A DNA stretch of 64,000 nucleotides from positions 3,264,001 through 3,328,000 of the forward strand of contig OY762926.1 in the NCBI GenBank assembly GCA_963666735.1, given 5' to 3'. Made by a program: the position numbers and the translations under genes. Below the pieces are notes generated by a model, which saw only the letters and a list, made by a program, of their open reading frames with translations, ran no database searches and was not told the DNA's origin. The stretch is from Gemmatimonadota bacterium. GTDB lineage: Bacteria; Gemmatimonadota; Gemmatimonadetes; Palauibacterales; Palauibacteraceae. This document shows, piece after piece, positions 21,351-31,935 of the stretch (the first letter of the stretch is position 1; every line of letters starts with the position of its first letter).

Positions 21351-22985
21351 TCAGTGCCAGCGTCGGCGTGAGGACTCCACGCGGTAGAGGATGTAGTCGC
21401 GCAGCGCGCAGGCCACGCGACGATCGATGTACGGCACCGTGATCTTCCCGCACGCCAGCTGTACCTGAAGCGTGGCCAGTCTCTTCCGGCGCTGCAGGGG
21501 GGACTGCCTGACGGTCGCGGACTGAACCTTCCGCATGAGGAACGCCTTCACTTCTCTTCCGGCGAATCCGGTGCGGCTGGCCAGTCCATCGCGGTCGTAC
21601 GCGTACCCCTGCCGGCGCCACCGCTGCCAGGCGGCGAGCGCCGCGGCCGGGATGGATGCGGCCCACCAGAAGAGGATCGTGGAGGTGCCGGCGAACATCC
21701 CGGCCCACGCCAGCAACAGGAGAGTTCCGAAGATGATGGCAAGGACGAAGCCGTAGCGCAGGGCGAGGGCGCGAATGTAGTGAGGCGACACCCGCTTGAA
21801 TTCGCTGCTTCCGGGAAGAACGGGAATCGCCGTCGCTTCCCGCGCGAACATCAACGCCCGCAGGTCCTCGGCGAGCCGGTCGCCCATGAGCGGTACCTCC
21901 AGCACGTCGGGCACTTCGAGGGCGGAGGCGCGGCCCATTTCCGGGGGGACGGCCGCGGCGGGGAGGGCGTAGAGCCGGTACCGTCGGAACCACCGCAGCA
22001 CGAGACCCTGACCCACGGTCAATTGCTGGATCTTCGGAGCCTCGACCACGACCTCGCGCTGCGTGAGGAGGCCGGCGCGCGAGCGGAACCTGCCGCCGCC
22101 GTGCCGGAGGGTGAAGTTGTAGTGTCGCAGGAACGCCGATGTCACCGTGAGGAAGAGCGCCACGCCCGCAATGGAGGCGACCAGGGCGGCGGCGAGCCCC
22201 ACCCGGGCGAGCGTCCCGAGACCTGTGAACGCGCTCGCCGCGCTGTCGATGCCCGACTCGACCGCCTCCAGGACGGGATCCAGGAAATCGCCCGGCTGGA
22301 GAAGATCGGCCAGCACGCCGACCAGCGCCGCCACGAAGATGAAGTTCCGGCTGGCGAGCCCGATGCGCACCATGTCGGCCGGGCCGAGCTTCAGCAGGAC
22401 GCGGCCCGGTCCAATGGCGGGCCGTATGTCCCCCGCCGCATCGGACGACGGGCTCGCGTCCGCCGCCGCAGAACCCTCCTCGCCCGCGGCGCGGCCCTCG
22501 AGTGCGGGTCGAAGGGCCGTCACGCTGCGCTGCAGCCGGTGGGCCACCTCCGTCTTGATCGACGGCAGCTTGCCCTCGGCCTGGACCGAGCCCGAGGTGT
22601 CCAGAGTAACCGTGACCAGCGCGAACAGACGGTCGACGGGAGACCGCCTGACGTTGATGCCCTGCACGCGCTCGTAGGGCAGGTCGAGCGCGGTCTTCTT
22701 GAGGACGCCCTTGTGGATGAGGAGTCTGTCTTCGGCGACCCTGAACCTGAAGCAGGCCCACTGAACCGCGCCCGCGACGAAGGCCAGAAGGAGAAGCGCC
22801 CAGAGCACGAGGAGCAAGACGCCGGGGACGCCGGGATCGTTCCGCACCAGCGGCACCAGCGCGATCAGCGGGATCAGAGCGCCCTGAATCATGGCGCGCG
22901 CCACGGTCTTGAAGATGTTTCCGGCGAAGAAGAGGATCGCGACGGGCGAGGAGCGTTGCCAATTGCCGGGGGCCGGCGAATTCAC
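21351..22985 (-). CDS. YdbT-like membrane protein with bacterial PH domains
   Basis: TM pairs followed by RVQGINVRRSPVDRLF, KIQQLTVGQ and KVQSATVRQSPLQRR repeats. GTG start overlaps the upstream stop. Confidence 0.85.
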   Translation of the reverse strand: MNSPAPGNWQRSSPVAILFFAGNIFKTVARAMIQGALIPLIALVPLVRNDPGVPGVLLLVLWALLLLAFVAGAVQWACFRFRVAEDRLLIHKGVLKKTALDLPYERVQGINVRRSPVDRLFALVTVTLDTSGSVQAEGKLPSIKTEVAHRLQRSVTALRPALEGRAAGEEGSAAADASPSSDAAGDIRPAIGPGRVLLKLGPADMVRIGLASRNFIFVAALVGVLADLLQPGDFLDPVLEAVESGIDSAASAFTGLGTLARVGLAAALVASIAGVALFLTVTSAFLRHYNFTLRHGGGRFRSRAGLLTQREVVVEAPKIQQLTVGQGLVLRWFRRYRLYALPAAAVPPEMGRASALEVPDVLEVPLMGDRLAEDLRALMFAREATAIPVLPGSSEFKRVSPHYIRALALRYGFVLAIIFGTLLLLAWAGMFAGTSTILFWWAASIPAAALAAWQRWRRQGYAYDRDGLASRTGFAGREVKAFLMRKVQSATVRQSPLQRRKRLATLQVQLACGKITVPYIDRRVACALRDYILYRVESSRRRWH

Positions 22986-23635
22986 CGGCCGGCGTTCCCG
23001 GCGGTCTCGGAGTGTTCGTCGGCATCCGTAGCGGGCGGCACCGCCGGGTCGATTCGTTCCGAGATGTACACGCGCATCCGCTCGGCGGTCTCTCGCCCCA
23101 AACCGCGAATTGGGCTGCCGCGGCCCCCGCCCGCCGGAAAGACCGACAGGCTCGCCAGACCGAACCGGCGGTCCAGCGGAGTGCTGTGGAGCTTGGTGTG
23201 CTGTACGCGGTTGAACGGAAACGCCTTCACGGAACGCCAGAGGACGCCGGACTTGTACAGGAGGTCTTTCTCGCGGACGACGTAGCCCCGGCGAGGCACC
23301 GCGATGAGCGGCCACAGGACGGACCACACACAGAAGATCCCCAGGGCCGTCCACAACAACGGCGCGAGCCACGGCAGGGCCTCCGAGATGAGAGCCCGGT
23401 TGCCAGGGGATATCGCCACTTGGAAAGCCCCGCCGCCCGCGACGCAGACGACGGACCGGATGATCGCTCCGACCTGGAGACGCCTCGCGAAACGAGGGTG
23501 TAGCGGCAGCCAGTCGACGGTGTCGGCGCCGGGCAGGGCATCGAGCGGCACCTCGGCGTTGAAGAAGCTGGCGGAAGCCTCGGGTTCGACCGGTCCCGAA
23601 TCCTCCCTCAGCCCCGGATCGCCCTCAGCGGCCAC
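22982..23635 (-). CDS. YdbS-like membrane protein with one bacterial PH domain
   Basis: Two TMs, then GVLWRS...PFNRVQH...PLDRRFGLASL. Start uncertain. Confidence 0.82.
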   Translation of the reverse strand: MAAEGDPGLREDSGPVEPEASASFFNAEVPLDALPGADTVDWLPLHPRFARRLQVGAIIRSVVCVAGGGAFQVAISPGNRALISEALPWLAPLLWTALGIFCVWSVLWPLIAVPRRGYVVREKDLLYKSGVLWRSVKAFPFNRVQHTKLHSTPLDRRFGLASLSVFPAGGGRGSPIRGLGRETAERMRVYISERIDPAVPPATDADEHSETAGNAGR

Positions 23636-26207
23636 TGGCGGCCTGATCCCGGTAGAGCCCAAGGCCCTCCTCGAACGTCGCGATGACCTCGGCCTTGTGC
23701 GCCGGGTCGTCCCAGCGGTCCATCGAATGGAGATCCTCGAGCGTCCGCTCGATCCAGCGCACGAAGAAGGCGGCGTCCTCCCGCGACCGGATCGGCTCGC
23801 CGTCGGCGATGACGAACACCGGGTTCGTGTGCGCGAACAGGTAGCTGTCCATGGCGCCGTGCTGCGCCGGCCCGAGGACTCGGGCGGCGATCCAGCCGCT
23901 CCCGTCCATTGGCACATCGATCTCCGCCTCCAGCGTCCGGCCGTCGCCGCTCGCCTCCACCGTGTGGATGATCTCGCCGTTCCGGATGATGTCGAGGCGC
24001 TCCATCTGGAACAGCGAACGCGCGGTAACCGCGACCGTCACGCTCTCGCCGCTTGAAACCGCGAGTTCCTCGCCCATCCCCATGCCGTCCACGTCGAGCG
24101 TCAGGAGGGGGCCGCTCGTCACGAAAGCGTGGCCGCCGGCCATGGCGTCGGCCCACTCGTCGTAGTCGAGTTCCTCTTCCCCCGTGTAGACGTAGGAGCG
24201 CGTGGTCCCCACGGCCGGATGCCGCCACATGTCCGTCATGACGTCCGTTCCCGCCGTAGCCGGGATCCGCGAGCCGGTGTTGAGGAGGCGATACCAGATC
24301 GCGGCCGTCCCCAGTTCGTCGCTCCAGATGCAGGAGACATCCACGAAGTCGGCCAGCCCGAGGATCGCGTCGACGGGCAGTTCGCGCGCCCCGCCCGGCG
24401 CCGGGTCGGGCCCGCGGTGGCTGAGGCCGAACGGGTGCACGTAGCCGCCGATGCCGCCCTGTTCGTGCACGCGTCTGAGCACCGCCGCGTTGTCCGGGTA
24501 GAGCTCGCGGTAGGCCGTCCCCTCGTAGCCGATGTAGAAGGGGGTGATGAGTTCCACGAGATTCAGCAGCGACATGTGGGCGAAGAAGTTCGGCCGGTAC
24601 TCCTCGTTGTAATAGACGATCGTCCGCGGATCCGGGTGCGGGTGGGGGTGGCCGAGGAAATGTTCCAGATCCTCCACGCGACTGTTCGCCCAGTAGTTGG
24701 CGATCATCCCGTTCGCCACATTGAGGTCTTCCGCCAGCGCCTTGTTCCCGAGGTCGAGCGGCGTGACGAAGTAATGGCCGCCATAGTTCGGGTGAATGTG
24801 ATTGTCGCCCGAGTACCAGCCCTCCGCGGCCATGTCGATCCAGCGCTCCAGCCGCACATCCACGTTCGTCCACTCGCCGGCCCGCACGTCAACGGTCTGC
24901 GCGACGGGTTCGTACTCGAATCCGCGCCACACCTCGAGTTCCGCCGTCCCGGCCGGGAGGGTGACGGAGAAGCTCCCGTCCGTGTGGAAGTAGTAGTCCT
25001 CCGGCCCGCTCAGGACGCGGGGGAAGCTGCCGTCCGGAAAATAGCTCCGCCCGTCCGAGGCCTCCAGGTAGATGCGGGAAGGGATCCGCCGCCCGCTCGC
25101 GTCGCTTACGCGCACCTGCACCTGGCCCGTCGGTTCGGACCACGCGTAGTCCTCGATCCGCACCGGAACCGGCTCGCCGCCGCCGCGGCCCGTCGTGTAG
25201 AGCCCGAACCCCATCCCGCCGTCCGTCGTCCGATCCTGGCCGTGGATGCCCCCGTTCCGCGCGTAGACGAGGCGCTCCCCGTCGGGGGACCAGGACGGAA
25301 AATACTCGTCCGTCCGCGTGTGCGTGAGCCGAACCTGCTGGATTCCGGGGCTGGAACGGTCCTGCGCCGCGCCCGCCCGGTAGGTCGGGACCTGGTAGAT
25401 GTCGTTGTTCCCCGACGCGTCCGTCACGTACGCCACCGAGCCGCCGTGCGGGGCGACGACGGGTGAAGCCTGGTAGTTCGTCTCAATGCGGATGAGAAGC
25501 TCCGCCTCGCCGGTGTCCGCGCTCCAGCGCCACAGCGAGCCCGAGCCGAGCGCCGCCTCTCCGCGCTTGGAGACGAAGACGATATCGCCCGTTTCCCCGA
25601 TCCAGTCGCCGGCCATGTCGTTCGCCCCCGGGTGGGCGATGACCGACTCCATGGCTCCGGCGTCCAGGTCGTACGCCCAGAGGTCGAACGTCCCGTCCCG
25701 TCCGGTCGTGAACAGGATCCTGGACCCGTCGGGAGAGAACCGCGGCCGCATGTCGATGGCGGGGTCTTCCGTCAGCCTTCGGGATTCTCCCGTCTCGAGG
25801 TCGAGGAGGAAGATGTCGAGGTTGAGGTCGACATCCGCGGCGTAGGCGATGTGGCGGCCGTCCGGGGACCAACTCGGCATGGAGTGGTATCCGGCCCCGG
25901 ACGTGAGTTGACGGGCCACGCCCCCCTCGGCCGGGACCGCCCAGATCCGCCCCTGGTAGGCGAAGGCGATCGACGCGCCGTCGGGGGAAAACGCCGGATA
26001 GGTGGGAGACGCCGTGACGGGAGGCGGGAAGTAGCTCTCCATGTACATCTTCCCGGATCCGCCGATCCCGCTCATCGCCGGATACCCGCCGGGGAACGGC
26101 CCCGGATACCGATCCGCGTCCTGCCCCGCGAGTGGCAGCGCGGCGGCCCCGCCGCCAACGAGCAAGACGACTCCGAGCAGTCGCAGGCGGTGCAGCTTCC
26201 GCGTCAT
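23625..26207 (-). CDS. Secreted CehA/McbA-family (PHP-like) metallohydrolase with N-terminal PD40/TolB-like propeller
   Basis: Signal peptide; repeated P.WSPDG/FSPDG; GWYSGDNHIH, YVHP, WYRLLN.G..IPATAGTD, FAHTNP. Confidence 0.85.
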   Translation of the reverse strand: MTRKLHRLRLLGVVLLVGGGAAALPLAGQDADRYPGPFPGGYPAMSGIGGSGKMYMESYFPPPVTASPTYPAFSPDGASIAFAYQGRIWAVPAEGGVARQLTSGAGYHSMPSWSPDGRHIAYAADVDLNLDIFLLDLETGESRRLTEDPAIDMRPRFSPDGSRILFTTGRDGTFDLWAYDLDAGAMESVIAHPGANDMAGDWIGETGDIVFVSKRGEAALGSGSLWRWSADTGEAELLIRIETNYQASPVVAPHGGSVAYVTDASGNNDIYQVPTYRAGAAQDRSSPGIQQVRLTHTRTDEYFPSWSPDGERLVYARNGGIHGQDRTTDGGMGFGLYTTGRGGGEPVPVRIEDYAWSEPTGQVQVRVSDASGRRIPSRIYLEASDGRSYFPDGSFPRVLSGPEDYYFHTDGSFSVTLPAGTAELEVWRGFEYEPVAQTVDVRAGEWTNVDVRLERWIDMAAEGWYSGDNHIHPNYGGHYFVTPLDLGNKALAEDLNVANGMIANYWANSRVEDLEHFLGHPHPHPDPRTIVYYNEEYRPNFFAHMSLLNLVELITPFYIGYEGTAYRELYPDNAAVLRRVHEQGGIGGYVHPFGLSHRGPDPAPGGARELPVDAILGLADFVDVSCIWSDELGTAAIWYRLLNTGSRIPATAGTDVMTDMWRHPAVGTTRSYVYTGEEELDYDEWADAMAGGHAFVTSGPLLTLDVDGMGMGEELAVSSGESVTVAVTARSLFQMERLDIIRNGEIIHTVEASGDGRTLEAEIDVPMDGSGWIAARVLGPAQHGAMDSYLFAHTNPVFVIADGEPIRSREDAAFFVRWIERTLEDLHSMDRWDDPAHKAEVIATFEEGLGLYRDQAASGR

Positions 26208-26292
26208 TTGAACCTCCGTAGCGTCAAGCGTGGATCTGATCCTCGAAACAGTGGCCGGCAGGTGCGGTTGCCGCCAGACGACGGTCGACTCG

Positions 26293-26343
26293 ACCTTGAC
26301 GCACTGCGATCCGTGACACTAGACTAGATAAAATAACTAGTTA
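26293..26343 (+). promoter_or_regulatory. TA operon promoter/operator
   Basis: TTGACG (26296-26301) with TAGACT (26320-26325). Three CTAG cores and the perfect palindrome TAACTAGTTA (26334-26343). Confidence 0.6.
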
Positions 26344-26349
26344 CACGAG

Positions 26350-26595
26350 ATGGTTATGATTGAAGTCGGAACCTTCGAAGCGAAGACGCACCTGTCCTCC
26401 CTCCTCAAGAGAGTAGCGGACGGAGAAGAAGTGCTCATCACAAGGCGCGGCGTACCCGTTGCCCGTATCGTCTCGGCGGGGTACGCCACCGGGGCCGAAG
26501 TCGATCAGGCGATTGAGGAATTGATCGCGCTCCGCGAGGGATCGCGACTGGACGGGTTGAGCTGGAAGGACCTTCGGGACGCCGGCCGCAGGTGA
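26350..26595 (+). CDS. Phd/YefM family antitoxin
   Basis: VGTFEAKTHLSSLLKRVADGEEVLITRRGVPVARIV. Confidence 0.92.
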   Translation: MVMIEVGTFEAKTHLSSLLKRVADGEEVLITRRGVPVARIVSAGYATGAEVDQAIEELIALREGSRLDGLSWKDLRDAGRR

Positions 26596-27026
26596 ACCCG
26601 TTCGTTCTGGATTGCTCGATCGCCGCCGCATGGCTGTTCGAGGATGAGGCGGCGCCCGCTACGGATGCTCTTCTGCGCCGCCTCAAGCGTGACGGCGCCC
26701 TCGTGCCCGGCCTCTGGCGGTTGGAACTGGGTAACGTCGTCGCACAGGCGGAGCGCACCAGGCGCACTGACGCGACGCGAATCGCACGCTGGATCGAGCG
26801 GTTGGAGAAACTCCCAATTGTCGTCGACCCGGAAACCGGAAGCCGCGCGTTCAGGGAGATCCTGGGATTGGCTCGGCAGGAGCGCCTGACGACGTACGAT
26901 GCAACCTATCTGGAGCTCGCGATCAGAAAGGCAATCCCACTCGCGACCCTGGATCGCGCGTTAGCCCGAGCGGCGCGGCGCCGGGGTGTCGCGATCCTGC
27001 CTCGGAACGAACGGACTACGTCATGA
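26592..27026 (+). CDS. vapC: VapC PIN-domain toxin
   Basis: FVLDCS, WRLELGN, LTTYDATYLELA, LATLD. GTGA coupling to the antitoxin. Confidence 0.92.
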   Translation: MNPFVLDCSIAAAWLFEDEAAPATDALLRRLKRDGALVPGLWRLELGNVVAQAERTRRTDATRIARWIERLEKLPIVVDPETGSRAFREILGLARQERLTTYDATYLELAIRKAIPLATLDRALARAARRRGVAILPRNERTTS

Positions 27027-28714
27027 ACGCAGGGCGCGGGCGGGCGGTCTACGGCGTCATTGTGCTCGGCTTGGCGCTCATGGGATGTGGACGAGGCGAT
27101 GTACCCGGCGGGCCGGAGCCGTTCGACGTGCTGATCACGGGGGCGCGGATCGTGGACGGGGCGGGGAACCCGTGGGTACGCGGCGACATCGGGCTTCGAG
27201 GCGACCGGATCGCGGCGGTCGGCGACCTGGACGGACACGCGGCGGTGCGCACGATCGACGCGGCGGATCGCGTAGTCACCCCCGGCTTCATTGACATGAT
27301 GGGCCAGTCGAGCGTCGTCCTCGTCACGGATCCCCCGAGCGCCGAGAGCAAGCTCCGCCAGGGAATCACGACCTACCTCTCGGGGGAAGGCGGGTCGGCC
27401 GCGCCCCAAAGCGACGCCACGCAGCCCGAGGGTCCGGTCGTGAACGGCGAGGAACTGCGCTGGCGGACGTACGCGGAGTACTTCGCGCACGTCGAGCGCA
27501 TCGGCATCCCGATCAACGTGGTCCACGACGTGGGGCTCACCCAGGTGCGGCGCGTGGTTCTGGGCGAGGAGGATGTACAGCCGACGCCTGAGCAGTTGGA
27601 GGAGATGAAGGCGCTCGTCCGGCAGGCCATGGAGGATGGGGCCGTCGGGACCTCGACATCTCTCATCTATCCGCCCGCCGTGTACGCGACGACGGAGGAA
27701 CTCGTCGAACTCACGCGCGTCGCCGGCGAGTACGGCGGCACCTACTTCACGCACATGCGGAACGAGTCACACTCGGTGCTGGAGGCGATCCGGGAAGCGA
27801 TCGAGATCGGCGTCCGCGCCGGCACCCCCGTCCACATCTACCACCTGAAGGCGGCGGGGCGGGAGAACTGGCCGCTGATGGCCGAAGCCCTCGCCCTCAT
27901 CGACTCGGCGCGCGTGGCCGGGATCGACGTGACTGCGGACATCTATCCCTACATCCGCAACGGGATCGGTCTTGGGTCCTTCCTTCATCCGCGGCACTAC
28001 GCGGGCGGCGCGGCGCCCTTCCTGGAGACCCTGGCCGACCCCGCGGTGCGGGCCGAACTCCGCCGCGAGGTCGAGACCACGTCGGACTGGGAGAACTGGT
28101 ACCGCCACGTGGGGATGGACTGGGGCAAGGTCCTCATCGTCTCCGCCCCGGACGACGTGGACGAGCGGGTGATCAACCACTCGGTCGCCGAGGCGGCGGA
28201 CATCCTCGGGACGGAGGAATGGGATGCGTTCTTCGATCTCGTGCGGGCCGGCGGCGTGAGCGTGAACCCGCAGAGCATGAACGAGGAGCAGAAGTGGCAG
28301 GCGCTCCGGGCCGAGTTCGTGATGATCGACACCGATGCTTCGCCCACGAATCCGGCCACGGCGGCGAGTGCGCATCCGAGGGCGTTCGGGGCCTTCCCGC
28401 GCGTCATCGCGAAGTACGTGAGAGAGGACGGGATCCTGAGTCTGGAGGACGCGGTGCGCCGCATGACGTCGCTCGCCGCCCGTCGGCTGGGGCTGGCGGA
28501 CAGAGGCCTGATCGCGCCGGGGATGGCGGCGGATCTCGTGCTCTTCGATCCGGACGAGGTGCGGGACATGGCCCGGTTCGGGGACGCGATGCGGTATGCC
28601 GAGGGGATGGATTATGTGTTCGTGAACGGCGTGCCGGTGATCGATGACGGCGCGCTGGCGGAGGCGCAGCCCGGCAGGCTCCTGCGCCGGGAGACGGGAG
28701 CGGGGCCGCGATGA
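27023..28714 (+). CDS. D-aminoacylase-like amidohydrolase lipoprotein
   Basis: Lipobox LMGC; TPGFIDMMGQS, THMRNE, HIYHLK, DIYPY, HPRAFGAFPRV, GMAADLVLFD. Confidence 0.9.
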   Translation: MNAGRGRAVYGVIVLGLALMGCGRGDVPGGPEPFDVLITGARIVDGAGNPWVRGDIGLRGDRIAAVGDLDGHAAVRTIDAADRVVTPGFIDMMGQSSVVLVTDPPSAESKLRQGITTYLSGEGGSAAPQSDATQPEGPVVNGEELRWRTYAEYFAHVERIGIPINVVHDVGLTQVRRVVLGEEDVQPTPEQLEEMKALVRQAMEDGAVGTSTSLIYPPAVYATTEELVELTRVAGEYGGTYFTHMRNESHSVLEAIREAIEIGVRAGTPVHIYHLKAAGRENWPLMAEALALIDSARVAGIDVTADIYPYIRNGIGLGSFLHPRHYAGGAAPFLETLADPAVRAELRREVETTSDWENWYRHVGMDWGKVLIVSAPDDVDERVINHSVAEAADILGTEEWDAFFDLVRAGGVSVNPQSMNEEQKWQALRAEFVMIDTDASPTNPATAASAHPRAFGAFPRVIAKYVREDGILSLEDAVRRMTSLAARRLGLADRGLIAPGMAADLVLFDPDEVRDMARFGDAMRYAEGMDYVFVNGVPVIDDGALAEAQPGRLLRRETGAGPR

Positions 28715-30399
28715 GGGAGATCGGGACTTCACGGACCGTCGCCGTGCTGGCGGCGCTGTGCGTCGCGGGGCTGGGGCTTGCGGCCTGCGGGGCGCCCCCG
28801 CGGGAGGCGGCGGATCTCGTCTTCGTGGACGGAGACGTGCTCACGCTCGGGGCGCCGGGGGTGGTGGAGGCGCTGGCGGTGAGCGGCGGCCGGGTGCTGG
28901 CGGTGGGGACTTCGGAGGAGATTCGCGGGCTGGCCGGACCCGGCACGCGCGTCGTGGAGTTGAACGGACGCACCGTGATCCCGGGGCTCACCGACAACCA
29001 CTACCACGGGATCGGGGGCGGGCCCGGCGTCGACCTGACGCGCGCGCGATCGATGGCGGAAGTGATCGACGCGATCGCGGCCTTCGCGCTGGAGACGGCC
29101 CCCGGGGAGTTGATCGTCACGAACCGCGACTGGCACGAGGGGCAACTCGCCGAGCACCGCCTTCCCTACCGTGACGATCTCGACGGCCCGGCGCCGGGGC
29201 AGCCGGTCGTCGTCGTCCGCGGCGGGCACGAATACGTGCTGAACAGCGCGGCGCTCGCCCGCTGGGGCATCGACGAATCGACGCCGGAGGTACCGGGCGG
29301 CCGCATCGGACGCTATCCGGACGGGCGGCTGAACGGCGAACTCGTCGACCGCGCCAAGGACCTCGTGACGCTGCCCCAAGCCGCGCCGCCCGACCCGGGG
29401 GCCGTCCTCGATGCGCTGGCCGGGGAGTACGCCGCGCTCAACGCCCGCGGCCTGACGAGCATCCGCTACCCGGGCGGCCCCCCCGAGCAGTACCGGGCCA
29501 TCGAGCGGCTCCGGGACGAGGGCCGGCTCACCCTGCGCGTGAACTACGTGCTCCGGGCGCCACGGGGCGCCGGAGCGCCGCCGGTCGCCGACGCGCTCGC
29601 GGCGTGGCCCGCCATGGGCGAGGGCAACGACTGGCTTCGCGTCGGCGGTGTGAAGCTCGGCGTGGACGGCGGCTTCGAGGGCGGCCTCATGCGCGAGCCG
29701 TACGAGGAACCGTGGGGCGAGGGCGGCGCCTTCCACGGCCTGCAGACCGTGCCCACCGAGCGCTACATCGAGACCGTCCGCGAACTTCACCGGCAGGGTT
29801 GGCGCGTGGCGACGCACGCGGTGGGCGACGCGGCCATCGACCTCGTCCTCGACGGCTACGAGGCCGCGAACGCCGATGCCCCGATCGACGGCCTGCGCTG
29901 GGTCATCGAACACGGCTTCATTGCGCGCGAGGACCACTTCCCGCGCATGCGGGCGCTCGGCCTCTCCGTGACGGCGCAGAACCACCTCTACGTGGCGGCG
30001 CCGAGTCTTGTGAAGTACTGGGGCGAGGAGCGCGCCGCCCGGACCACCCCCGTGCGCGCCTATCTGGACGCCGGGATCCCGGTGTCGCTGGGGACGGATT
30101 CCCCCGTCATCCCCTGGGACCCGTGGTGGATGCTGCACCACTTCACCACGCGCGGCACGATCAGCGCCGGCGTGCTGGATCCGGCCCAGGCGATCACCCG
30201 CGAGGAGGCGCTGCGCGCGGTGACAAGCGGGTACGCGCACCTCACCTTCGAAGAGGAAGAGAAGGGGACGCTCGAGACCGGCATGGCCGCCGACCTCGTC
30301 GTGACGGCCGAGCACGTGCTGGAATGTGAGGACCCATGTCTGGAATCGATGGAGGTCGATCTCACCGTGGTGGACGGCCGGGTCGTATACGAGCGGTGA
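28711..30399 (+). CDS. Amidohydrolase_3 (YtcJ-like) lipoprotein
   Basis: Lipobox LAAC; IPGLTDNHYH, KLGVDG, ATHAVGD, IEH, LGTDSP. Confidence 0.9.
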   Translation: MREIGTSRTVAVLAALCVAGLGLAACGAPPREAADLVFVDGDVLTLGAPGVVEALAVSGGRVLAVGTSEEIRGLAGPGTRVVELNGRTVIPGLTDNHYHGIGGGPGVDLTRARSMAEVIDAIAAFALETAPGELIVTNRDWHEGQLAEHRLPYRDDLDGPAPGQPVVVVRGGHEYVLNSAALARWGIDESTPEVPGGRIGRYPDGRLNGELVDRAKDLVTLPQAAPPDPGAVLDALAGEYAALNARGLTSIRYPGGPPEQYRAIERLRDEGRLTLRVNYVLRAPRGAGAPPVADALAAWPAMGEGNDWLRVGGVKLGVDGGFEGGLMREPYEEPWGEGGAFHGLQTVPTERYIETVRELHRQGWRVATHAVGDAAIDLVLDGYEAANADAPIDGLRWVIEHGFIAREDHFPRMRALGLSVTAQNHLYVAAPSLVKYWGEERAARTTPVRAYLDAGIPVSLGTDSPVIPWDPWWMLHHFTTRGTISAGVLDPAQAITREEALRAVTSGYAHLTFEEEEKGTLETGMAADLVVTAEHVLECEDPCLESMEVDLTVVDGRVVYER

Positions 30400-30461
30400 C
30401 CTTCTCCGTACGTTGCCCCAAGCCCGGATGGTCGGCCCCGGCACGTCACCAGGAGGACCCC

Positions 30462-31874
30462 ATGCGCCGTCCCACTCTTGTCGCTCTCTGCTTCGTTCTG
30501 TCCCTCACCGCCCTGGCGCCCGCCGTCGGGTCCGACACTCATGCGCAGAGCCGTTCGCCCATCGACGCCGAGACTCGCTGGACGCTGGCCGCGGTGGGTG
30601 ACGTGATCATGAACCGGCGCACGGCGCCGTTCGATCACCCCGGCGATCCGGGCTTCCACGACCTCGCGAACATCATCCGCGCGACCGATGCCGCCTTCCT
30701 GAACCTCGAGCAGTCGGTCTTCCGGCTGCAGGAGTTCACGGGCTGGCCGGCGGCGGAGAACGGGGGGAACTACGAGGTGGGTTCGCCCGAGACGCTGAAG
30801 GACCTCGTGGACATGGGGTTCAACCTCTACAACCGGGCGAACAACCACTCGACGGACTACGGGGTCGAGGGTATGCGCCTCACGAACCGGCTGATGGACG
30901 ATTGGGGCCTCATCCACTCGGGGACCGGCGAGAACCTGGGCTGGGCGAGTCGCCCCGGATACCTCGAGACTCCGAAGGGGAGGATCGCGCTCATCGGGAT
31001 GGCGTCCACCTTCACGCCCATGTCGCGCGCGGGCCGCACCGGCCCGACCGTGCAGGGCCGCCCGGGGCTGAACCCGCTGCGGCTGAGCGCGCGCTACGAA
31101 GGATCGCCGGAGACGATGGCCGCGCTGCGGGAGGTGGCCGGGCGGCAGGGCGCGAACGTGCCGGAGGACCCGGACGCGCCGGTGCGCGTGTTCGGGTCCA
31201 CGGTGTTCCCGGGCGACGAGGACCGCGCGACCGTGTCTCTCAACGACGAGGACCGCGAGCGGGTCCTGCACGAGGTGCGAAACGCCACGGACCAGGCCGA
31301 CTACGTCGTCGTGAACAGCCACTCGCACGAGCCCGGCAACGCCTTCGTGACCGCGCCTCCATGGATGGAGGAGTTCGCGCGGCAGACGATCGACGCGGGG
31401 GCGAACACGTTCATCATCCACGGCCCGCACCAGCTCCGCGGCGTGGAGATCTACAGGGGCCGGCCCATCTTCTACTCGCTCGCGAACTTCATCTTCCAGA
31501 ACGAGACGATCGACCCCATGCCCTCCGACCAGCGCGACCGCTACGGGATCCCGCTCGACCGGCTCGCCTCGGAGATCTACGACACCCGCTTCCAGGTGGA
31601 CGAGGACGGCAACCCGACGACGGGCTTCCCCATCGGATCCGAGTGGTACGAGAGCGTGGTCCCGGTGGCGACCTTCGAGGGCGACGAGGTGGTCGAGATC
31701 ATCTTCCACCCGATCGAACTGAGCTGGAAGGCGCCGCGGGGGCGGCGCGGCACCCCCCGGATCGCGCCCGAGGAACTGGGCCGCAAGATCATCGAGCACC
31801 TCGCCGAGCTGTCGCGCCCGTACGGCACCGAGATCGTCTACGCAAACGGCGTCGGCGTCTGGCGACGCCGATAG
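30462..31874 (+). CDS. CapA-family metallophosphatase-fold secreted protein
   Basis: AAVGD, FLNLE, ANNHSTDYG, NSHSHE, HGPH, YSLANF. AGGAGG RBS and a signal peptide. Confidence 0.88.
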   Translation: MRRPTLVALCFVLSLTALAPAVGSDTHAQSRSPIDAETRWTLAAVGDVIMNRRTAPFDHPGDPGFHDLANIIRATDAAFLNLEQSVFRLQEFTGWPAAENGGNYEVGSPETLKDLVDMGFNLYNRANNHSTDYGVEGMRLTNRLMDDWGLIHSGTGENLGWASRPGYLETPKGRIALIGMASTFTPMSRAGRTGPTVQGRPGLNPLRLSARYEGSPETMAALREVAGRQGANVPEDPDAPVRVFGSTVFPGDEDRATVSLNDEDRERVLHEVRNATDQADYVVVNSHSHEPGNAFVTAPPWMEEFARQTIDAGANTFIIHGPHQLRGVEIYRGRPIFYSLANFIFQNETIDPMPSDQRDRYGIPLDRLASEIYDTRFQVDEDGNPTTGFPIGSEWYESVVPVATFEGDEVVEIIFHPIELSWKAPRGRRGTPRIAPEELGRKIIEHLAELSRPYGTEIVYANGVGVWRRR

Positions 31875-31935
31875 CCGCCGGCCCCGCGCACCGGGTGGCT
31901 CATGGAGACGTTCCCGCGGGAACGTGCCTGTCGGC

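Noticed and set aside
30462..31874. Poly-gamma-glutamate capsule locus
   Set aside because: Only a stand-alone CapA-fold protein; no capB/capC nearby.
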